The translations under genes were made by a program, and so were the position numbers. The notes beneath the pieces are model-generated. The model saw nothing but the letters and a program-made list of their open reading frames with translations. It was not told the DNA's origin and made no database searches. 64,000 nucleotides of DNA from Lytechinus pictus (Eukaryota): assembly GCF_037042905.1 (NCBI RefSeq), contig NC_087262.1, positions 22,940,001 through 23,004,000 of the forward strand, read 5' to 3'. This document shows positions 1-22,463 of this stretch, one piece after another (within the stretch, counting starts at the first letter, position 1; the number at the start of each line of letters is the position of its first letter).

Positions 1-1619
1 AGAAAGTGACAGTCCCAGGTTTAAAACTCTTTAAAATAGAATGAAAAATACCTTTATAGCAGAATGGTAATATATGTACACAATTTGAGAGATGAAGATG
101 GAGATGAAAGGGATGAGGGTGACAATGGTTCATTCGGTTATTGTGTGCAATTTATAAAAGAGCAATTGTCGATGGAGAAAATGTCATGGAACCCACCCAC
201 TGAGGTTTGGTATGTTAAAAAGTAAAATCAACCAGATATGAAGCAGTCGATTAAAAAAAAATCAATTTTGAATTAAAAATATCAGAATGGGTAATTTAGT
301 TCGGTTGGCCTATATATTTGTTTCATTTCATATTGAACTCTCTATAGGCCTATAATACTAAACTTTTCCTTGTATAATCTCCGATATATCTTTAAACGGT
401 TCCATGACATTTGCTCTGCCTTTTTTTCATCATTTTAACTTACCTAATTCGTGTGTCAATATGAAAATGAAAAATGAATTTTGAATTCGATTCGCTGGCT
501 TGTTTACAAATTTTCAGAAAGGTGCCTTTTATTCTATCGTGTCCTAACTCAGCTCGTCCCCTCGATATTTTTTCCCCAAGACCCATGCGCCAAGCCAAAG
601 ACAAAAACAAAACAAATCCATGTCTATAAAAACGTGTATTGGCCAATGTGTCATCGCCGGGGCACAAGATAACTGAAAAATAGGCCTGCCTGCCCGCCCC
701 TGACGACTTTTTTATTGCAAGCATGTTTTTGCCCCCATATGCTCTCTGACTCTCAACCGTGATATGGTGATGAAACTTCATACAGAGTTACAGACCTATA
801 TTATTTTTAAGCATGTTTTTTGCCAAAACATCAATTTTTATTTTATTTCAAAAACTTTACTTCGTGAATTTAACTGCATGTCAAAATATATGACAATAAA
901 TGCCCCTTTTTTCAACTGAGCTCAGTGAAACGTGTAATTTGACGCGTTCCAAACGTTGTTCATCAGCTCCTATTTCATAAATCCCTACAGGCACACACCC
1001 TCCACTTGAAAATTGTCCCTCAGTTAAGACTTTCAGAAATTCGATTAATTTGCTGCCTTCGATATATTGTCACTCATATGTTTGTGTGCTTGCAAATTCA
1101 TTTTCATCAAAACTTTTTGAATCGTTGAAAAGTCAAGGCCTATTATGGATTTAAACTTTTGTCTGGTTTACGTTGCGCAGATGGCGTTACTTGCTTTGAA
1201 ACTTTTTCAGAAGGAAAGAATGTATCGATGAAGTATTATGTTCGACTAACAGTTCAATCATTGTATTGTATGAAATATGATTTGAGAGAAAAACAATAAA
1301 ACATCTTTAAAAAAAAATCGTACTACAACAAACAAACCCTCCTATAATAATCAGTCATCAGTAAAATTAAGATGTAATTAAAATATGATTAAAAATACTT
1401 CCCGGAATATATTTCCAACGAATTTCTTTGAGTATTATAATCTCCACGATGATCTATCATTCCATTCCATTCCTTGTTTTTATTTGGCAATAAGTCACGA
1501 TTGACTATTTTTGCCACACACTGCATGACGTCCTAACAACTTGGCTGCATGTCCAGTCATGATTGGACTACAATATCGGGAGTTAATGATATGCACAATC
1601 GGGTAAATAACCTTTGGAA

Positions 1620-1840
1620 TTTTTTATCATGTTATACCGAGGTTGTTTTACCTGACTGCTAAGAAAGCACGAATGCCTGTGAGCAAGCAACCAGGGGACC
1701 AACGGCTTAAGGTCCTCTCCGAGGGACCTGGTAATGAGGATAAATGCCTTACCAAAGGGCACTAGCGCACCACTTGGGAATCGAACCCGGGTCACCGGAA
1801 TCCGAAACCCCCGCTCTACCGACTGAGCTATCGCATCTCC
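1620..1840 (-). mobile_element. tRNA-derived SINE
   Basis: Minus strand GGAGATGCGATAGCTCAGTCGGTAGAGC (A box)...GGGTTCGATTCCC (B box) followed by a non-tRNA body GTGCCCTTTGGTAAGGCATTTA... Confidence 0.8.
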
Positions 1841-2212
1841 AATCCTCCATTTGCATTCTTGAAAATTTACGTTTCCTTTATTATTTTGTCCGTTTAACAA
1901 GTAAATATGAATTCAATAATTGATAGAATATATCTTGTTAGTTGTAGTAACTATTATGAGATCCGAAGTAATGACTTTTTTTTAAATAAAAAGGTCTACT
2001 AATGTTGATAAATTATCTTTCAGAGGGAGGAAAGATTTCAAATGAAACGGAAAGGACTACACATGTATGACCTTTGACATGGGGAGTGCTCGTAGAGGTT
2101 TTGCGATATAAATAAAAAATATTGAGATTGCTAGAGAAGAACCCACATGAAAGGAGCATAGAAACAAGAATCTCTGTTTTTATTGAGGTGATTTCCCAAT
2201 CAGAAGAAAACC

Positions 2213-13975
<11,763 letters not shown>

Positions 13976-14343
13976 GGGGGTTCGTTGGACCAAACTTAGA
14001 GGATATTAGCATCTTAGCCAAGTTGTACATGTTTGTATATCTCTTTTGTCATTTTCTATCGAGTGGATTAACATTGAAACATTTCGGGAGGGTGAGATAC
14101 GAGTATGTGATTTCTTAATTCTTTACATGCAGTATGTAGTCCCACTAATTGAGGTGTGTTCTGGAAAGAAGCTTTATTGTTTTTCACACAAGTAAAAGGA
14201 GATTTGATATACAAGCTTTGAGAGTTTAAGGATACCAGTAAATATGTGGTGTCAGTTCCCTTGTTTCATTGCAGGCCGAGGTTCGATTGCTCTGCATTAA
14301 AACATTAGCCAATGTTTTGGTTGTGAGAATGCATACATCCAGT

Positions 14344-14468
14344 GGAGCATTTCATGAAGTGTGAATCCCTGACATTTCCTCTCAGCCAATCAGATTCAAG
14401 CATTTCAGTAGCTTTTAACAGTTGGTGATTTTTTTTTTTCACAAACAAGGTGCTTTATGAAATGCTCC
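14344..14468. mobile_element. Harbinger/Tourist-like MITE (family H)
   Basis: GGAGCATTTCAT...AGCCAATCAG...ATGAAATGCTCC. Confidence 0.65.
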
Positions 14469-15248
14469 TATCACTAACAAACTAATTTCATGTGTGAGCT
14501 GTTGTGATAAACTTGTCGTGACCATCTCACAATCCTGATGGCACTTTCTAATGCTGCATCATATAAATGCTATGCATTCAAGTAAATATTTCTTAAGATG
14601 TACACTCTGTTGTTAAAATTAAGTCTAAATTTACAAAATGATATTCTCCTATAGGAAGTAAGTCCAAATGACATTAATGAACTGCTGTGCTCATCTATTA
14701 TTTTTAAGTAATTAATTTCTTTGATCTCTAGAGATGCCTGTATGTTTTGCTCTTGAAATTATAACAAAAGTCAATCAATTATGCCTATATGAAATATGAT
14801 AACATAACAATGTAGTACATGTAGTAATCTGTTTTGTTTCATATGAGTATGGTAACTAGTGTTGCTACGGCACTTGGAAAGAGGATTTTTCATTCAAAAT
14901 GTATATTTGATATCTTACCTCTTTTTTAAATGATCATGAAAGTAAGCTTTTTTGATGTACAAAATTGTGATTTGTATTTGTAGAATTTCCCTTATTTGAT
15001 GTCCATTTATTGATAGATGACGTCAGATTTTTGTGTAAATGTAGATGAGATACTGTACTTTGAGAGCGTAAGCCTTGTCCGGAGACAAGAAAGAGTCTAG
15101 ACTGCAAATATGAGTGCTTTCACCAAATTATGAATAGATCATAGATATGGTTAGATATTTTTATTATTATTAATCATGATGCTGATTGTTAGAGGAAAAA
15201 CTTGTAATGCCCATGCTGCTTTAAGTTGAGTTCTTTTGCTTTGGTCAT

Positions 15249-15740
15249 TTTGTCTCGCCTGCGTAGCAGAGCGAGACTGTAGGCACCGCTTTTCCAACGG
15301 CAGCGGCGGCATCAACATTGACATCTCAACCTGTGGTTAAGTTTTTGAAATGACATCATAACTTTGAAAGTATATGAACCTAGTTCATGAAACAAACTTG
15401 GACGTAAGGGTAATCAAGTATTACTGAACGTCAGGCCTGAGTTTAAGGTCACATGACTGAGGTCGAAGGTCATTTAGGGTCAATGAACTTTTTGGGGGTA
15501 ATTGCTGAATTATTACCATTGTAACTTTGTTTATGGATCTAGCTCATAAAACTTAGACATAAGAGTAATCAACTATCAAGTATTATTGGCCAAATGTCAT
15601 TTAGGGTCAATGAACGTAGTAATATATGATTGTATGAATGGTGTTTTTCACGAATAATATATAGTTGTTTTCAAAGTTAGCACTGCTGATATATTGCATC
15701 ACATAATGCAGGCAAGACTGCCAGAGGCACTCCACTTGTT
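15249..15740 (+). mobile_element. Second, shorter copy of the HINE-like element (in the putative macroH2A 3' UTR)
   Basis: GTCTCGCCTGCGTAGCAGAGCGAGAC...GCAGGCAAGACTGCCAGAGGCACTCCACTTGTT; about 1.5 internal units. Confidence 0.8.
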
Positions 15741-17418
15741 TTGAAATCAGAGAGCTTTCTTGGAGAATTTACTCTTCTCGGATGATTACTCTACTTGGAT
15801 GATTACAGTGTAGCAGATGTCTACCATCCAGAATAGAATATCCTTTTATGCACAGCAGATCTTATTTGGGTACCCTAGGTCGAAAGTCATATGATTTGAA
15901 TTAATAGAGCCAAAGAAATCAAGCAAAACACTTAAAATTTCATCAAAATTACATGAAATTAACGAAGTAAGGATATGCCATTTTCGTTTTTTTTTGCATT
16001 ATTTTTGTGAAACAGGTCTATGCGAGTCATCTGCATTGGACAAATTGATATGTTTGTCTTCCCAATTTTTCGTTTGTATATTATTATTTAAAATTTGAAT
16101 TACTCTGTATTTTCTGCTCCAAATTCAGAAATTATGCAATCTCATTGAGGCAAATTATTTTTTCAACTTTGCAGTCTCTCTATGTAGGAAAAGGTGAAGT
16201 TCTTATTGAAGGAAAGTGGAGACTTGACATCGTCATCTCACTCATTACATATTCTTGCTGTTTCTCCCCAATTCTGATGAAATATGACTGTTTTTCTTGT
16301 ATTATTTTACTGTATTTATTCAAACCATATTATTTCTTAGCCTGGAGTACCGAGTACCCCCATTTTGCTGTGTATTCTCCACCTATGTCTTTAGATGGTG
16401 AAGTCGTTGCCTTACATTCCATCCTCTGACAATGCTTGAAGCGGGTCAAGGAATGTTTGTGCTGAGACGGCTCATTTATGTGAACACCACATAAAGGCAC
16501 TTGAGGCTATAGATATTCCCAGTGATTTTCACAAAACCTAGGGTAAGCGTATTATAATCAACCCTCTTTGACTAACTGAATTGTCTCTGTCTTTGCATTT
16601 AAAAAAAACTGAAATAGTTAATCTTCCTCGCCCGATCGTAAGTAAGTCTTAGGAAAAACTAAAGGGCATCATGAAAGATCAAAGTGAGTATTTTTACATC
16701 ATGCATTCCAGAAGGAATAAATTTATCTTGAAAATCTTGTTTTTTGAGAAGTCACAAAAGTATATTTTATAAGTATATTTCAGAATTTTTAAAATGTGTG
16801 AATTGAATTATTTGAGCTTATCAGCTATCAGTATATGAGTATTGTCTTGATCTAGATACAAAGGTGGTTAGATTATTATGTAATGTTAATGCATGAAACT
16901 GATTTTCAAAACATGACAGCCTAGATTCTTGGCCCTTTTGTATGAAATATATTATTTTGACTCTGTCATCCAATGATTACTTCTATGGATGGAATCATTG
17001 GTTTTGATTGGCTGTTGGGTCATCATGTTACCATGGTAGTTACCATTCTATGTCAAAGTTACCATAATAATTACTTTTATGAAACTTGGCCCTGGTGTTG
17101 TCACTCTGTGTCCAAAGGTGTGAACCTGATCATTCTGCAGCTCACATTTTGACCCCATTTAGCAGCCTTTCAAGTTGACTTTTAGCCGTATTTTGTTCAA
17201 AACTGGTACAATAAAAATTAGTATTTCGTATTCTAAGAACACAAGAGCACATACTAAACCATGCCTTTCCAATGTCAAACACACCTTTGCCAAGTTAAAT
17301 ATTAGACCAAAAATTGGAAACTAGGAACAAGGGAAAAAAAAAAGATTCAAATTAAATTGAATTTTCTGATAAAGTTGCATAGCGCCAGCTGATGGTCAGT
17401 TTCCAATAGTGCATGTCG

Positions 17419-17605
17419 CCACAACTGGGCGTTGTGGCGTGCGCCTGTAATCCAAGCTATGCGGGGAAGTTACAATTTGATGCAGAGGTTCGAGCCCTGG
17501 TCACGTCTTTCGGATGGTGACGTTAAAGGTCGGTCCCAGACGTAAATAATCATATCTGATTGATACACGTCTGACAAAACTCAAATACACACACACACAC
17601 ACACA
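17419..17605 (+). mobile_element. SINE-like retroposon with 7SL RNA-like head
   Basis: CTGGGCGTTGTGGCGTGCGCCTGTAATCCAAGCTA matches the 7SL/Alu 5' end; B box GGTTCGAGCC at 17488; core GTCTTTCGGATGGTGACGTTAAA; (CA)n tail; CATGTCG repeated at 17412-17418 and 17606-17612. Confidence 0.72.
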
Positions 17606-18229
17606 CATGTCGAGTTCTCAGCGCATGTCATGACATGCTGACCTGATTTGAAGCTCGCAAGTTCTAAAATGTAGAGAAGTATATTTGCAAACATTTTTTG
17701 AAGGAAAAAAAACTTTAGAAAATCGTACCAGCAGATTGAATTGCTATTTCAATTTCATTATTTGCTTATTTCAGCAAATGAATAAAAAAATGTTTTTGTT
17801 GTATGTGTATATATCATGTAAGCTCGAAAATATAATAATGTGTTTTTTAAATCTCTTTATAACTAAAGTTATATCAAGGCATACAACATGCCCTTTTTAT
17901 TGCCATTTTGCAACTCCATAAAGTAATAAAAATTATTTTGTTTTATATAGTGCAAGTACCATAGCGAAATTGAAAGGAATTATTTAGACAAATTTGATAT
18001 TTATATATTTCTATCACATGCATAGAACTGCACATAATTTCATATTATTTAGTTTCATATTAATATTCTTATTAGTTAGGTTTGAAAAACCTTGATCTTA
18101 TGATTTGATGGCGTATCATGTTGTACTTTTCGAAAATATATTGTGAATTGCTAGAAAAGTGTAAGCTACTATTCATTCCCATAGTCTTTCTTTTGATTTT
18201 TAATTCAAAAATAGTAATAACGAATGTAA

Positions 18230-18540
18230 GGGGTAGACGGGGAGAGGAAGAATGAGGGGGAGGAGGAGGAAGAGTTGGAGAGGGGAGAAGGGGAAAGGAG
18301 GATGAATTCGAGAGGAGAAGGGGGAAGAGGAATGCGAGAGAGAAGGGGAAGGAGGTGGTAGAGGGGAGGAGAAGGGGAAAGGAGGAAGAGGATGAGTGCG
18401 AGAGAGGAGAAGGGGGAGAGGGGGAATGCGAATGAGGGGAAGGAGGAGGAGAAAAAAGGAACATGAGGGGAAGGGGAGGTAGGAAGGGGAAAGAAGAAAG
18501 TGTAGAATATGAGACCGTAAGAGGGGAAAATGAGACATTG
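18230..18540. repeat. GA-rich low-complexity tract
   Basis: Degenerate GGAGAAGGGGAAAGGAGG units. Confidence 0.9.
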
Positions 18541-18948
18541 ACATATTGGTAAGAAAAGGGAGAGTTAAAAGAAAAAGGTCGTAAGGTGGTCGGTTGAATT
18601 GAAAAATAAGAGAAATAAAATAAGCATAGAAGGGATTTTAAAAAGAATATCTAAGAAGATAGTTCGGAGGTTTTTCTTTTTAAATTTCCCATGACATGTA
18701 ACTTTTAAGAAGTCGAATTGACAAGATACCAAGTATAATCGTGCTAATGTTACCGTGGTGACATATAACTCTTGAGAAGTCGACTTGGCATACTTGGCAA
18801 GAAACAGGTCTTACTTCACCAAGACGACAAGCAACGTTTCAAAAGTCGACGAGGTTGATAAGTCGACATAAGAATCTTTTAAGTCGACTTAGGAAGGTGA
18901 AATACGTTTCAGTAAGATGGTAATAGTGGGTTTTCACAACTAGCAACG

Positions 18949-19218
18949 GGGGCGGATTCAAGAACACAGTAAATGTATTGAAAATGCCCGTCAAATGACA
19001 ATGAACAGCTGGGAGGTCTTTGTCGACAATTGGAGAACCAAAGACGGCACTTTCGCCCTACATTTTGAGTTGACGAAATCTTGCAAATATGTCGTTTGTC
19101 CAAAGTCCAGGACGAAACTGCTGCTTTGAATCACCAATTTTCGACAAAGACTTTCTTGTTTGTGCATTGTCATGCAGGGCATTTGACAATAGATTTTCTA
19201 TGTTCTTGAATCCGTCGT
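18949..19218. mobile_element. MITE family X
   Basis: TIR GGCGGATTCAAGAACA / TGTTCTTGAATCCGTC; homologous copy at 38762-39020 and an inverted fragment at 19620-19668. Confidence 0.75.
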
Positions 19219-19668
19219 GGTCGTGGAAGCTTAGCGAAAACTCCGTGCTATTGGCATTTACCTCTCCCCCCCCCCCCCCCACACACAAAAAATACCAAGA
19301 GAGAGATAAAGAGGGAAGGTGGAAAGAGTGGCATGAGGGATATAAAGATCGAGAGAAATGAACAGAAAGTAAGATGGGTAAAATCAGACAAGGGAAACAT
19401 AACAGAAATAAATTGATTATAAATCCGGGGGCACTGTCAGGTGGACACCGTGTTCATAACTGGACCCTAAACAAGTAGGAAAAATCATCCTTCGATAATA
19501 AAGAAGTACTTTGTCATAATCATGAAACCGTTTTTACTTATCAAATGGGAATTTTTGCAATAATTATGCAGACGCTTTCTATGTTGCAGATTTTTTTTTG
19601 GTCAAAAGCCCTTCATGGGAAAGCAGTCTTTGTCGAAAATCAGTGATTCAAAACAGCAGTGTCGTCCT

Positions 19669-20373
19669 GGGGGGCGTTTCACGAAAGGACTTGTCGGACG
19701 TTTTATCCGACAAGTCCCATTTTATCCGACAGTAACCATAGTAACAGTACCTCTCAGCCAATCAACATCAGAGAAAGATGTCAGCCCGGGGGGGGGCACT
19801 CGACCAAAAAAGTGGTAGGGGTGTGCCGCGGGCGAGACAAAAAACGGGGGCCTTGGAGCGGGCTTATTGTAAAAAGGAGGGTCCTCGGAACGGGCTTCGG
19901 AACTACAATTTTGTGAAAACGGGGGTCCTTGGAACGGATCGCCAGCGTGCGAGTACGTGCGTATGTACCCCTATGGAACGGGCATGCGTGCATGATGCAG
20001 CTATACGCGGCCTCCGCTGGGTGCGCTAGCGCAGAGACGATGGTCGGACAGCGCTCGGCGGCCGCTCTTCACCAAAATTGCAGCAGATCAATGTGACCGG
20101 AACGGCGTAACGAAAAATATGCGAAGCTTTGGAGCGGATTTCTTTTTTTTTTTTTCTCGATAAGAACAAAGTGCTATGCCTTGGAGCGGCTTTCTTTGTT
20201 TTTTGTCTCGATAAGACAAAAATGCTATGCCTCGGAACGAAAATTTGAGTGTGAAAATGGGGGTCCCCTCCGCGGCACATACCCACTATGCATTATATAC
20301 TGAGTGCCCCCCCCCCCCCGGGGATGTCAGATCTGACAACTTGTCGGATGAAAATGTTGATGAAACACTCCCC
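19669..20373. mobile_element. Family H MITE interrupted by a nested element
   Basis: GGGGCGTTTCACGAAAGGACTTGTCGG...GATGAAACACTCCCC; a copy lacking the insert lies at 40975-41140. Confidence 0.85.
19785..20322. mobile_element. Non-autonomous DNA transposon with CCCGGG(G)n TIRs and 8-bp TSD
   Basis: CCCGGGGGGGGGCACTC...GAGTGCCCCCCCCCCCCCGGG flanked by GATGTCAG on both sides. Confidence 0.9.
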
Positions 20374-20587
20374 CGAACTCGATCTGGACAAACGATGAAT
20401 AGGAATTGATGCGTTGTAGAAAGCATCTGCGTAGTAATTGAGAAAGCTCCTTATTGTATCTTTGTTGACATCGATAATATACATTTTGTCAAATTTGAAA
20501 ATAGTTATACTTCCCTCTGAAAAATGAGCTAGTTAGATTTTAGTGCGTAGGTGCAATACACTCATATTCTGAACAGCTAGGGACCTG

Positions 20588-20739
20588 GGGCCCGTTTCAT
20601 AAAGAGCTACTAACTTTGCCATTATCAGATTATGGCAACTACCGTGACAACATGGCTCAGCAGCCAAATGAATAAAAATCAAGGTTATCATGGTAGTTGT
20701 CATAATGGCAAAGTTAAAACAGTTGTAAGAAACGGGCCC
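20588..20739. mobile_element. Family H MITE
   Basis: CTG/GGGCCCGTTTCATAAAG...AAGAAACGGGCCC; same subfamily as 57848-58003. Confidence 0.8.
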
Positions 20740-21069
20740 ATGTTGCAGAAAGAATTGTATTTGATCTTATCTCAAATAATAAATCGCAATTCTTTAAATA
20801 CGCTTTTACGATTGGCTCAAAAACAGGCTGCCTTTGATTTCTGGAGCTGCGTTTTATTTCATAAGACAGAGTACTTCTTCATGGTAGTTGTACCGGAGAT
20901 CATCAGAACCTACAGATCAAAGGAGGAAACGAATGAACCAGGCGGTAAATACCTTTCTTTCAAACAAACATAGAAGTAATGGTTTAGTTACTTAAAGTAA
21001 ATATGACGTTGTCTTCAGCCTTTCTTTACCTGCTTCATCGAATAGTTCAGAAAGGCTATATCGTTATAC

Positions 21070-21104
<35 letters not shown>

Positions 21105-22391
21105 GGAGTTTCCCGAACATAAGAAGGATGAGCTTTCTCTAATTGCGATAAGAAAGATGGATCAGCAGAAGACACAAAAATCTGATATGCCTATCATCCT
21201 CACAAATCCTATGCAGAATGTTCCTTTTAACCTGACTCTATGCTAAGATATCATGAATATATATATATTTTTATTAATAAATAAATATGAGGAGGAACTA
21301 CACTGTAGACCCTGTCCGAGGGACCTATAATAATGGCAATATGTCTTCCCGATGTCTTCCTTGACTTGATTTTGAACCCTGGAGGCCAGACAATGAGATC
21401 ATGGATTTACAAAGATACAAGTCATTTTTTGGTCTCTCGCAAGTTGCAATACTTAAGTTTATAATTTTTTTTTTTTGCATGTTCTGCCTATAAAGCTAGG
21501 ATTTATTTTCTTAATGCAAATACAAATCTATTTCAAATTCATCTTACATTCATGCACATTTTGTCTTCGGTCACAAATCGTTGTCTTATAATGTAAATAT
21601 TGGCATAACAATTAGCTCTAATTTTCGTATAATAAAGTCCTTTCAATTCTTTTATAAAAGAATTGAAAGGACACTATAATTTTGTCTTCCTCTTCTCCAA
21701 GAAATATTTAAATCGCCCTGTTTATGATATGCCTTTATCGAAATATATACGTACCACCAAAGAGGTAATAGCGATAGGATCTTCTCATTAACTTATTGTA
21801 TTTTTTGGAGAAGAGGTGGACAGATACAATTAAACAAAAATACTGAATAGCTAAGCATGTCATTTAAAGCGTCTTTCCCCCACAACAGCTCGTTCGCTCT
21901 ATTGTATTTCGTCTCTCCTGAACGCTTCAGCGAACTATTTTGTGACGTATCAGGCAATATAATTCACCATCGACCTCGCCATTCACCAAATGCCGCTTCA
22001 TGCTGCGATCGAGCGAATTGCAACTGAACAACTCTTCCGAAACACATTGATAGGTGTGGTTCTACTCTCAACTCCCTGGTTGAATATACTTTTATATATA
22101 CCAGCTGTATAATCTCGGGTTTACCGTTCACTGAGGTTATCTCTCGGCTATGATCATGATGATAAACTAAGCTCACTCGCAGTGCCAGGATCATTTTGTG
22201 TTTCGTCGTTCTGAAGTTCTGAAGTTCTGAAGTGGCTTCCCAAAGCATATACAGTGTGAGGAGCAGTATCAGAGTACGACGACCATAATTTAAGTGTTTT
22301 GGACTCGGTTATAATCTGAAGTTTGTACCACCGAAACATCGTCATATCCCGGGTCATATCCAAGGTTGTATTCTCAGAGTTTTCGAGCACC

Positions 22392-22463
22392 ATGGCAGAT
22401 GAGAAGATCAACCCAAGCGCGCGAAAGAAAGTCGATCTTGATCGGCAGTCTATCGTGATAGAT
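22392..22463 (+). CDS. ACSL: ACSL coding exon 1
   Basis: Kozak CACCATGG; [24 protein letters not shown] (compare ACSL1 DLSMQSVEV); donor GTGAGT; in-frame TGA upstream at 22317. Confidence 0.8.

Noticed and set aside
935-970. Hammerhead-like CTGATGA...GAACGCGTC on the minus strand
   Set aside because: The GAAA core is incomplete and no stem I pairing is evident
1765-1840. tRNA gene
   Set aside because: A and B boxes are present but the acceptor stem does not close and the sequence runs into a SINE body
17425-17500. Functional 7SL RNA gene or human Alu contamination
   Set aside because: No S domain or second Alu arm, no poly(A) or oligo-T terminator; continues into unrelated core and (CA)n
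18072-18544. Pro/Ser/Leu-rich ORFs
   Set aside because: Translations of a GA/CT low-complexity tract; the same applies to 38969-39505
22208-22232. Heat-shock element (GTTCTGAA x3)
   Set aside because: GAA/TTC spacing is 1 nt rather than the 2 nt of nGAAn arrays; a simple 8-bp tandem repeat
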